Below, piece by piece: positions 38,495-49,937 of a DNA stretch of 64,000 nucleotides. Location: assembly GCF_963921235.1 (NCBI RefSeq), contig NC_086097.1, positions 206,834,001 to 206,898,000 on the forward strand, given 5' to 3'. This stretch comes from Mobula hypostoma. Lineage: Eukaryota. Each line of letters starts with the position of its first letter. Within the stretch, counting starts at the first letter, position 1. Made by a program: the position numbers and the translations under genes. The notes below the pieces were generated by a model. It had not been told where the DNA came from and did not search any database. It saw only the letters and a list, made by a program, of their open reading frames with translations.

Positions 38495-40652
38495 GGCATC
38501 TAAAGGATGCCTTGGTAGAATCAGCAAAGTTGGTGATTCCTAAAAGAGAAAAAAAACACAAAGAATAAATGGATGACAGATGACATCAAAAATCTAATGG
38601 AAGAAAGGAGACAGAAGGAAGCAAATCCTATAGAATATAGGTCCTTAGATGAAAAAGTTAAAAGCTTATTTCAAAAAGCCAAAGAAGAATGGTTAAACCA
38701 GCTGTGTAGATACATCTATTGATGCTTCTGGACACATCTTCAGTGATGTTCCTGGAATCATCGGGTGTTTCCGGTCTTTCAACATCATACAACCTCCTCC
38801 AGGTGACCTAGCTGGGGCTGAGCAGACCCCAGCTTGTTTCCAGATGGCTAGCTACTTATGACTCCATGGCTCCCCTCTTTTGAGCCACAGCCATCTTGAG
38901 GCCCTCTCTTCCGCATCAGTGGTACTGCGGATGGCTCTCCTCTTCCTCTCTCCCTCGATGCCCAAAATGCTGAAGGCTCTAACTAAAGAACGGGCTATGA
39001 ACCCCCTACAATCAACCTCCACTGGGAGACACCTCGCTCTCCATCCAGCCTGCTGACAGTTGCTGACCAGTCCTGCGTACTTGGAGAGCTTCCTTTCAAA
39101 GGCCTCCTCCAAGCTATCTTCCCATGGGACTGTCAGCTCCAGCAGCACCACTTGCTTAGTAGACTCAGACACTAGGACAATGTCTGGTCACAGGGTGATG
39201 GCTGCGATATGGTCGGGGAACTTCAGCTGCCCTTTGAGGTCCACCAGTCCTTTGCAGAGGTCAGAATGCCTGCAGATGTCCTTTTGGCAGGTATTGGCTG
39301 CTCCCCAGCTCTGACAAAGGCAATGGGCTGCTTGGAGGGTCGGGACCGCTTCACCCACTCAACTCCTGCACTGACGGCTTCAGCGATGGTCTTCAGGACC
39401 TGATCAGGAATGTGAGCAACTAGAAAGAATCCCTATTACTGATCCAAAAAGGTTACACCAACAGTTCAAGAATATCACTGGTAAAAAACTCCTCTGTTCT
39501 TCAGGCGGATGTTTGAAAGCAAAGGACAGTGCCATTACCATGGAAAAAGATGAGATTATGAACAGATGGACTGAGTATATTCAGGAATTGTTTGAAGACA
39601 ATCAAGGCGAAAAACCAGAAATTAAGAAAAACATTGAAGGTCCAAGTATTTTAAAATCTGAAGTTCGTAATGCAATAAATAAGATGAAGAAAAGGAAATG
39701 TAGCAGGTCCTGATGAATTAGTAATAGAACAAATTATCGCACTTAAAGATTATGGAATTGAAAAACTTACTGATTTAATCAATGACATTTATGAGACTGG
39801 AATAATACCAGAAGAGATGAAAAAATCAGTATTTATCACTCTTCCTAAGAAACCTGGAGCAATAGAATGTGAATTACATAGGACCATAAGTTTAATGATT
39901 CATATCACCAAGATACTTCTAAAAATTTTGATGACAAGAGCTAAAAGTAAGATACAAGCTGAAATAGGTAAAGAACAATGTGGTTTTGTGAAAGACAAAG
40001 ATACAAGAAACGCAATATTGATGTTAAGGATACTATCAGAACAAGCTATTCAAGTGCAAAAGGATTTGTTTGTTTGTTTTATTGACTACACAAAAGCATT
40101 TGATAAAGTGAAGCACAATAAGTTATTTGAAATATTACAGAAAACTCTAAATCTAGATTCAAAAGACCTCCGCCTAATCAGAAATCTGTACTGTGAACAA
40201 ACTGCCGCTGTAAGAATAGATGGAGAAGTGAGTCAGTTTACGAAAATCAAGACAGGTGTTAGACAAGGGTATGTTTTCTCCCCTGCTTTGTTCAATGTAT
40301 ACAGCGAAACAATATTACAAAAAAATAAGAGACATCTTGGGAATCAAAGTTGGCAGTGAAAACATCAATAATTTCAGATATGCAGATGACACTGAGAAAG
40401 AACTACAAAACTTAATTGATATAGTTGTTGATGAAAGTGAAAAAATGGGTCTATCTATCAATTGCAAAAAGACAGAATGTATGGTGATATCCAAAAAGAA
40501 AGAGAATCCTATCTGCAGGGTGAGAATAAATGATGAAGACATAAAACAAGTACTGAAATTTGGCTACTTAGGAAGCTGGATGACATCAGATGGCAGGTGC
40601 GACATGGACATCAAAAGAAGAATAGGGATGGCAAAAGACACCTTTATGAGAA
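38495..40652 (+). mobile_element. RTE-clade LINE fragment (RT), split by HERO
   Basis: WMTDDIK, RWTEYIQELF, ECELHRTISL, FIDYTKAFDKV, GVRQG, RYADDT and RRIGMAK motifs. Rejoins as EWLNQ|ECEQLE. Confidence 0.9.
38702..39404 (-). mobile_element. HERO-like non-LTR retrotransposon 3' fragment (restriction-like endonuclease)
   Basis: PDIVLVSESTKQVVLLELTVPWE..FERKLSKY..EVDCRGF..AEERASRWLW is a PD-(D/E)xK RLE C-terminus. 'cag' is duplicated at 38699-38701 and 39405-39407. Confidence 0.85.
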
Positions 40653-40739
40653 AGACTTGGCTTCCACAGTTGCCTGTGGCAAAGAATTCCACTGATTAAC
40701 CACTCTCTGGCTGAAGAAAGTCCTCCTCATCTCTATTGA

Positions 40740-43700
40740 GACTAAGCCATGGTGCATCCAGACAGGAAGCTTCCTATGGTGCATTGATAAAAATTGGTAA
40801 GGGTTGATGGGTACATAGCGGCCTTCTGAGGAAATAGAGATACTGTGGCATCTAAGTGTTCACTCTTAGGAACTTGACGCTCTCAACCCTCTGAACCTTA
40901 GCACCATTAATGTAGATTGTGCATGTGCACTGATCCTCTTTCTGAAGTCAATGGCCAGTTCTTTCATTTTGCTGACATTGAGGTAAAATATTGACACCAT
41001 ATTACTTAGTTCTCTATCTCCTTCCTGTACTAGGACATATTGTTATTAGAGATACAGCCCATTATGTGATATTATCCACAAGTTTGTAAGCTAAGTTAGA
41101 GCAGAACCTCTAATAGGCATAGAGCGAGCAGTGTAGAGCGATGAAGACTCAGAATTGTGGAGCACTGATGTTCGGAATAATCATTACTGAGGTGTTACTG
41201 TCTATACTCACTGATTGTGGTCTATTGATCTGGAAGCTGAGAATCCTTTTGCAGAAAAAGGTGTTGACTTCCACATCTTGGAGTCTAATAATAAGTTAGC
41301 TTGGAATTACAGTAGAGAGGATGGAGCCATAGTCAATAAACAATAGTCTGATATAGATGGGGTAAAAGAAATAGCAGGGGTAAAAGGACCCTGATGGCAG
41401 TTATTTATAGGCCTCCAAACAGCTGCAGGGATGTGGACAACAAATTACAACTGGAAATAGAAAAGGCTTGTCAGAAGGGCAGTGTTATGATAATTGTGGG
41501 GTAAACATGTGAGTAGATTGGGAAAATCAGGTCAGCACTGGATCTCAAGAGAGAGAACTTGTAGAATGTCTGCGAGATGGCTTTTTAGAACAGCTTGTTG
41601 TTGAGCCCACTAGGGGATCGGCTGTACTGGATTGGGTATTGTGTAATGAACCGGAGGTGATTGGAGAGATTGAGGTGAAGGAACCCTTAGGAGGCAGTGA
41701 TCATAACATGATTGAGTTCACTGTGAAATTAGAAAAAGAGAAGCCAAAATCTGATGTGTCGGTATTTTAGTGGAGTAAAGGAAATTACAGTGGCATGAGA
41801 GAGGAACTGGCCAAAGTTGACTGGAAAGGGACACTGGCAGGAAAGACAGCAGATCAGCAGTGGCTGGAGTTTATGCGAGAAATGAGGAATGTGCAAGACA
41901 GGTATATTCCAAAAAAGAAGAAATTTTCGAGTGGAAAAAGGATGCAACCGTGGTTGACAAGAGAAGTCAAAGCCAAAGTTAAAGCAAAAGAGAGGGCATA
42001 CCAGGAAGCAAAAATTAGTGGGAAGAGAGAGGATTGGGAAGTTTTTAAAACCTTACAAAAGGAAACCAAGAAGGTCATTAAGAGAGAAAAGATTAACTAT
42101 GAAAGGAAGCTAGCAAATAATATCGAAGAGGATACTAAAAGCTTTTTCAAGTATAAAAAGAGTAAAAGACAGGTGAGAGTAGATATAGGACCGATAGAAA
42201 ATGATGCTGGAGAAATTGTAATGGGAGATGAGATGGCAGAGGAACTGAACAACTATTTTGCATCAGTCTTCACTGAGGAAGACAGCAGTATACTGGACAC
42301 TCAAGGGTGGCAGGGAAGAGAAGTGTGCGCAGTCACAATTACGACAGAGAAAGTACTCAGGAAGCTGAAAAGTCTAAAGGTAGATAAATCTCCCAGACCA
42401 GATGGAATGCACCCTCGTGTTCTGAAGGAAGTAGCTGTGGAGATTGCGGAGGCATTAGCGATGATCTTTCAAAAGTCGATAGATTCTGGCATGGTTCCAG
42501 AGGACTGGAAGATTGCAAATGTCACTTCGCTATTTAAGAAGGGGGCAAGGAAGCAAAAAGGAAATTATAGACCTGTTAGCTTGACATCCGTGGTTGGGAA
42601 GTTGTTGGAGTCGATTGTCAAGGATGAGGTTACAGTGTACCTGGAGGCATATGACAAGATAGGCAGAACTCAGCATGGATTCCTTAAAGGAAAATCCTGC
42701 CTGACAAACTTATTACAATTTTTTGAGGAAATTACCAGTAGGCTAGACAAGGGAGATGCAGTGGATGTTGTATATTTGGATCTTCAGAAGGCCTTTGACA
42801 AGGTGCCACACATGAGGCTACTTAACAAGATAAGAGCCCATGGAATTACGGGAAAGTTACATACGTGGATAGAGCGTTGGCTGATTGGCAGGAAACAGAG
42901 ATTGGGAATAAAGGGATCCTATTCTGGTTGGCTGCCGGTTACCAGTGGTGTTCCGCAGGAATCAGTGTTGGGGCCGCTTCTTTTTACATTGTACATCAAC
43001 GATTTAGATTATGGAATAGATGGCTTTGTGGCTAAGTTTGCTGATTATACGAAAATAGTTGGAGGGGCCGGTATTGCTGAGGAAACAGAGAGTCTGCAGA
43101 GAGACTTGGATAGATTGGAAGAATGGGCAGAGAACTGGCAAATGAAGTACAATGTTGGAAGGTGTATGGTTATGCACTTTGGCAGAAAAAAAAAATGGGC
43201 AGACTATTATTTAAATGGGGAAAGAATTCAAAGTTCTGAGATGCAACGGGACTTGGGAGGCCTCATACAGGATACCCTTAAAGTTAACCTCCAGGTTGAG
43301 TCAGTAGTGAAGAAGGCGAATGCAATGTTGGCATTCATTTCTAGAGGAATAGAGTATAGGAGCAGGGATGTGATGTTCAGGCTCTATAAGGCACTGGTGA
43401 GACCTCACTTGAAGTACTGTGGGTAGTTTTGGTCTCCTTATTTAAGAAAGGATGTGCTAACGTTGGAGAGGGTACAGAGAAGATTCACTAGAATGATTCC
43501 GGAAATGAGAGGGTTAACATATGAGGAACGTTTGTCCGCTCTTGGACTGTATTCCTTGGAGTTTAGAAGAATGAGGGGAGACCTCATAGAAACATTTTGA
43601 ATGTTTAAAGGCACGGACAGAGTGGATGTGGCAAAGTTGTTTCCCATGATGTGGGAGTCTAGTACGAGAGGGCATGACTTAAAGATTGAAGGGTGCCCAT

Positions 43701-44090
43701 TCAGAACAGAAATACGAAGAAATTTTTTTAGTCAGAGGGTGGTGAATCTATGGAATTTGTTGCCACGGGCAGCAGTGGAGGCCAAGTCATTGGGTGTATT
43801 TAAGGCAGAGATTGATAGATATCTGAGTAGCCAGGGCATCAAAGGTTATGGTGAGAAGGCAGGGGAGTGGGACTAAATAGGAGAAAATGGATCAGCTCAT
43901 GATAAAATGGCGGAGCAGACTCGATGGGCTGAATGGCCTACTTCTGCTCCTTTGTCTTATGGTCTTATGGTCTTATGTCATTCCCTTGCAGATGCTCCAG
44001 AGATGAGTGTAGGGCCAGGAAAACAGTGACCACCATTGACCTGTTTCAGTAGTAGGCAAATTGTAGTGGGTCAAGGTCATCTAGGAGGCT
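40740..44090 (-). mobile_element. Old Rex1/Babar LINE split by CR1
   Basis: Rex-like nucleotide motifs on both sides of the CR1; rejoins as ..gatatagatg|tcattccc.. Confidence 0.65.
41360..43977 (+). mobile_element. CR1 LINE, 5'-truncated, same subfamily as 17891-22317 (543-aa ORF)
   Basis: Near-identical to about 19720-22317. The RT motif is mutated to KFADY. (tcttatgg)n tail. Confidence 0.95.
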
Positions 44091-45015
44091 TTCTGCCCCA
44101 CTGTAAATCTATGCCTTCTTAATTTGGTCTTCCCTGCCCCAGGGAAAAGGCTGTTACCATCTACCTTACCTATGCCTCTCATATTTTTAAATGCTTCTCT
44201 GAAATTGTCCCTCCTTCCCCTATGTTCCAAGGAATAAACACCTTGGTCAACCTCCCTATAACAGAGGACCTCCAGTCCTGACTACATCCTTGTACTCTTT
44301 ATGTACTCTTTCAGTCCAGCCTATAAGATACTCCAAGTGCAGCCTCACCAATGACATATACAGCTGCACATAATGTCCCAAGCCCAATACACAGTGGCCT
44401 GACTGGTGATGGCTAGCATACTAATTGTTTTTTCACAACCCTGTCTATCTTTAATGTTGCTTTCATTGACCTTTGCACTTTACTCCTATGTCTCTCTGTT
44501 TGATTATATTCCCTCGTTCCCTACCATTCATAGTATAAATTCTACACTGGTTTGACTTCACATCATGCATTGCCCCTCACACACACCTGTACTGAAGTCC
44601 ATTTGCCGTTTCTCGGTTCACTTACCTAACTGATCAAGATCTCCTTCGCTATCAACAACACCTCCTAACTTCATGTCGCATTAAATCATTATTATAAATT
44701 ACAAATAATAAAAATCACAGTACCAATCCCTGCAATATACCACTAATCACAGGCCTCCATTCTGAGAAACAACTTTAAACCACCACCTCTGCTTCTTACC
44801 TCTGAGCAGTTTTTAATTATCCTCACTAGCTCTCCCCAGATGTCATGGAATCTAATTTTCCAGATCAGCCTTGTGGAACCTTGTTGAAGGCCTAGCTAAA
44901 GTCCAAATAGACAATATCCGCTGCCCTAACCTCGTCTACCTTTTTGATTACCTCTTCAAAATTTTCAAAAGTTCTGTTAAGGACAATTCCCATATACAAA
45001 GCTACATAGGCTCCT

Positions 45016-46446
45016 CTTTAAGGAGAACCGGGGAATTATAGACCGGTTAGCCTAACATCGGTAGGGGGGGGGAATACCAGATTCGGTTATCAAAGATGTG
45101 ATAACAGCACATTTGAAAAGCAGTGAAATCATCAGACAAAGTCAGCATGGATTTGTGAAAGGAAAATCATGTCTGACGAATCTCATAGAATTTTTTGAGG
45201 ATGTAACGAGTAGAGTGGATAGGGGAGAACCAGTGGATGTGGTATATTTGGATTTTCAAAAGGCTTTTGACAAGGTCCCATACAGGAGATTAGTGTGCAA
45301 ACTTAAAGCACACGGTATTGGGGGTAAGGTATTGATGTGGATGGAGAATTGGTTAGCAGACAGGAAGCAAAGAGTGGGAATAAACGGGACCTTTTCAGAA
45401 TGGCAGGCAGTGACGATTGGGGTACCGCAAGGCTCAGTGCTGGGACCTCAGTTGTTTACAATATATATTAATGACTTGGATGAGGGAATTAAATGCAGCA
45501 TCTCCAAGTTTGCGGATGACACGAAGCTGGGCGGCAGTGTTAGCTGTGAGGAGGATGCTAAGAGGATGCAGGGTGACTTGGATAGGTTGGGTGAGTGGGC
45601 AAATTCATGGCAGATGCAATTTAATGTGGATAAATGTGAAGTTATCCACTTTGGTGACAAAAATAGGAAAACAGATTATTATCTGAATGGTGGCCGATTA
45701 GGAAAAGGGGAGGTGCAACGAGACCTGGGTGTCATTATACACCAGTCATTGAAAGTGGGCATGCAGGTACAGCAGGCGGTGAAAAAGGCGAATGGTATGC
45801 TGGCATTTATAGCGAGAGGATTCGAGTACAGCAGCAGGGAGGTACTACTGCAGTTGTACAAGGCCTTGGTGGGACCACACCTGGAGTATTGTGTGCAGTT
45901 TTGGTCCCCTAATCTGAGGAAAGACATCTTTGCCATAGAGGGAGTACAAAGAAGGTTCACCAGATTGATTCCTGGGATGGCAGGACTTTCATATGAAGAA
46001 AGACTGGATGAACTGGGCTTGTACTCGTTGGAATTTAGAAGATTAAGGGGGGATCTGATTGAAACGTATAAAATCCTAAAGGGATTGGACAGGCTAGATG
46101 CAGGAAGATTGTTCCCGATGTTGGGGAGGTCCAGAACGAGGGGTCACAGTTTGAGGATAAAGGGGAAGCCTTTTAGGACCGAGATTAGGAAAAACTTCTT
46201 CACACAGAGAGTGGTGAATCTGTGGAATTCTCTGCCACAGCAAACTGTTGAGGCCAGTTCATTGGCTATATTTAAAAGGGAGTTAGATATGGCCGTTGTG
46301 GCTACGGGGATCAGGGGGTATGGAGGGAAGGCTGGTGCAGGGTTCTGAGTTGGATGATCAGCCATGATCATAATAAATGGCGGTGCAGGCTCGAAGGGCC
46401 GAATGGCCTACTCCTGCACCTATTTTCTGTGTTTCTATGTTTCTAT
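45016..46446 (+). mobile_element. Young 5'-truncated CR1 with an uninterrupted 416-aa RT ORF (45098-46348), within old minus-strand CR1 debris (about 44100-46615)
   Basis: Intact YLDFQKAFDKV, GVPQGSVLGP and KFADDTK motifs, with a (tttctatg)n tail. Confidence 0.92.
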
Positions 46447-46728
46447 ATCTGCCTCGACTACCATACCATCCCTGGCACTGCATTCCCCACATCCACCACT
46501 CTCTGTGTAAAACAACCTAGCTCCTGACATCCCTCCGATACTTCTCTCCAATCAACTTAGAATTATGTTCCCTTTTATTAGCCCTGGGGAAAAATCTCTA
46601 GCTGTTCACTCTCAGGCCATCAAAATGACCTTTCACTGACCCAAGAGTCAGTGGTGATTACTTTAAGGAAGGTGTGAACATGCCATTCAAACTCTTTCTT
46701 TGCTTGGTACGTTCTTTCTATGCTAAAG

Positions 46729-46766
46729 CTCAGAATACAGTGCTAGTTTTCTGAGTCTGGTGTTAG
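46729..46766 (+). other. Candidate 38-nt exon G
   Basis: Pyrimidine-rich acceptor ..gttctttctatgctaaAG and consensus donor TAG|gtaagt. Phase 1 gives SQNTVLVF*; phase 2 gives SEYSASFLSLVL. Confidence 0.3.
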
Positions 46767-46796
46767 GTAAGTGAACGAGAAGGGTTCCTTGTAGGG

Positions 46797-48133
46797 TTAA
46801 GTCAAGTTAATTCAAGTTGCTTTTTATTGTTATTTCGACCATAAGCTGCTGGTACAGTACACAGTAAAAATGAAACAACGTTCCACCAAGACCATGATGC
46901 TACATGAAACAACACAAAATTACACCAGGCTAAGTGAGACACACAAGGCTACACTAGACTACGTAAGACAACACAAAAACTATACTAGACTACAGACCTA
47001 CACAGGACTACTTAAAGTGCACAAAACAGTCAGGGCAGTACAATAAATAAGAAACAAGACAATAGGCACAGTAGAGGACAAATTACAATATAATAATAAA
47101 TGATGTAGATGTCAGTCTAGTCTCTGGGTATTAAGGAGTCTGATGGCTTGGGGGGAGAAACTGTTGCACAGTCTGGTCGTGAGAGCCCGAATGCTTTGGT
47201 ACCTTTTGCCAGATGGCAGGAGGGAGAAGAGTTTGTATGACGGGGGCGTGGGGTCCTTCACAATGCTGTTTGCTTTGCAGATGCAGCATGTGGTGTAAAT
47301 GTCTGTAATAGCGGGAAGAGAGACCCCGATGATCTTCTCAGCTGACCTCACTATCCGCTGCAGGGTCTTGCGATCTGAGATGGTACAATTCCTGAACCAG
47401 GCAGTGATGCAGCTGCTCAGGATGCTCTCGATACATCCTGTGAAGAATGTGGTGAGGATGGGGGGTGGGAGATGGACTTTTCTCAGCCTTCGCAGAAAAT
47501 AGAGACGCTGCTGTGCTTTATTTGCTATGGAGCTGGTGCGAGGGACCAGGTGAGATTCTCCGCCAGGCGAACACCAAGAAATTTGGTGCTTTTAACAATC
47601 TCAACGAAGAAGCCGTCAATGTTCAGCGAAGAGTGGTCGTTCCGTGCTCTCCTGAAGTCAACAACTATTTCTTTTGTTTTGTTCACATTCAGAGACAGGC
47701 TGTTGGCTCTGCACCAGTCTGTTAGCCGCTGCCTCCTCTCTGTATGCTGACTCATCATTCTTGCTGATGAGACCCACCATGGTCGTGTCATCGGCAAACT
47801 TGATGATGTGATTTGAGCTGTGTATTGCTGCAGTCATGGGTCAGCAGAGTGAACAGCAGTGGACTGAGCACATAGCCCTGGGGGGCCCCCGTGCTCAGTG
47901 TGATGGTGTTGGAGATGCTGCTTCCAATCCGGACTGAGGTCTCCCAGTCAGGAAGTCTATCATCCAGTTGCAGAGGGAGGTGTTCAGGCTCAGCTTTCCA
48001 GTCGGGTGCTGAGGAATGATTGTGTTGAATGCTGAACTGAAGTCGAGGAACAGCATTCGAACATCCGTGTCTTTTTTGTCCAGGTGGGTGAGGGCCAGGT
48101 GGAGGGTGCTGGCGATGGCATCGTCTGTTGAAC
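46797..48133 (-). mobile_element. Rex1/Babar LINE, 5'-truncated
   Basis: [33 protein letters not shown] and LNVNKTKEIVVDFR motifs, with the tail at 46797. Confidence 0.9.
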
Positions 48134-49482
48134 TGAATATAATCAGGACCTCAATGTTTGGAATGTTGGCCAGGAGAGGAGTTTGATGTTGATTCCCGTC
48201 ATTCCAGTAAATTTGAGGGAATTTTCCAAATAGAACAATACAGGAACCCAAGAAAACAGGAGTAGGATCTCAACTTCTCTTCTGTGCCAATTTCACATAA
48301 ACTTTAATTTCTTGATTTTCCAAATATATATCCATCTTTATCTTAAATATGTCTCATGATTTGGCTGCTACCACTCTCCTACCATAAACACAGCATAGCT
48401 CAGCTATTGAGTTTGCGTAACCTTGGTTCTGGTGTGGAGTCATTATAGGTTATTTTTTAAAATTTTATTTATTGATATACAGTGCAGAATAGGCCCTTAA
48501 ACCATAAGACACAGGAGCAGAATTAGGCTATTTAGCCCATTGAGTCTATTCCGCCATTCCATCATGGGTGATCCTGGATCCCACTGAACCCCATACACCT
48601 GCCTTCTGCCATGACCAATTAGAAAACTATCAATTTTCACTTTAAAGATACCCATAGTCTTGACCTCCACAGTTCTGTGTGGCAGAGCATTCCACAGATT
48701 CACTACTCTCTGGCTAAAAAAAATTCCTCCTTACCTCTGTTCTAAAGGGTCACCCTTCAATTTTTAGGCTGTGCTCTCCACATCCTCTCCACATTCACTT
48801 TATCTAGGCTTTTCAACATTTGGTAGGCTTCAATAAGATCCCCTCACATTCACATAAACTCCAGCAAGTACAGGCCCAAAGCTGTGAGACGCTCTTCATG
48901 TGTTAACCCCTTCATTTCCAGAATCATCCTCGTGAACTTCCACTGCACTCGCTCTAATGACAACATAAGCTTTCTGAGATATGGGGTCCAGAACTGTTGA
49001 TAATATTCCAAGTGTGGCCTGACCAGCATCGTATAAAGCCTCAGCATTATCTCCTTGTTTTTATATTCAATTCCCCTTGAAATGAATGCCAACATTGCAG
49101 TTGCCTTATTTACCACAGACCCAACCTGTAAATTAACCTTCTGGGAGACTTGCACAAAGACTCCTAAGTCCGTTTGCACCTCTGATGTTTGAATTATCTC
49201 CCCATTTAGATAATAGTCTGCACTTTTGTTCCTTTTACCAAAATGCATTAACATACATTTCCCAACACAATATTCCACCTGCTGCTTTTTTGCCCGTTCC
49301 TCCAATTTGGCTAAGTCCTTCTGCAATGACATTGTTTCCTCAGCACCACCATCCCCTCCATCTATCTTTGTATTATTTTCAAACTTTGTCACAAAGCCAC
49401 GAATTCCATTATCTAAATCATTGACAAACAATGTGAAAAGTATCAGTCCCAATTCTGACCCCTGAGCAACACTACTAGTCAT

Positions 49483-49559
49483 TGGCAACCAACCAGAAAA
49501 GGCATCCTTTGTTCCCACAGCAAGTGGGAACAAAGAGGGCCTTTTCTGGTTGGTTGCCA
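49483..49559. repeat. Fold-back inverted repeat (36-nt arms, 5-nt loop) inside CR1
   Basis: tggcaaccaaccagaaaaggc-atc-ctttgttcccac-agcaa-gtgggaacaaag-agg-gccttttctggttggttgcca. Confidence 0.95.
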
Positions 49560-49937
49560 GTCTCGTGTCAGTCAACCATTCCGCTATCCATGCCACACCA
49601 CAGGATTTTATCTTATTAAGTATCCTCACGCGTGGCAACTATCAAACGCCTGCTGAAAATCCAAGTAAATCATATCCACTGCCTCTCCTTTGTTCACCCT
49701 GCTTGTTAGTTCCTTGAAGAACTCTAGCAGATTTGTTAGGCAAGATTTCCCTTTACTGAAACCATGCTGGCTTTGACTTATTTTATCATAAGTCTCCAAG
49801 TATCCCAAAACCTCATCCTTAATAATGGATTCCAACAGTTCCCCAACCAATGAGGTTAGGCTAACTGGCCTATAATTTCCTTTCTTTTGCCTTCCTCCCT
49901 TCTTAAAGAGTGGAGTGACATTTGAAAACTTCCAGTC

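Noticed and set aside
20496..46348. Long RT ORFs as retrons, DGRs, group II introns or defence RTs
   Set aside because: The motifs, APE domains, 3' tails and context are those of eukaryotic CR1, L1, RTE and Penelope elements.
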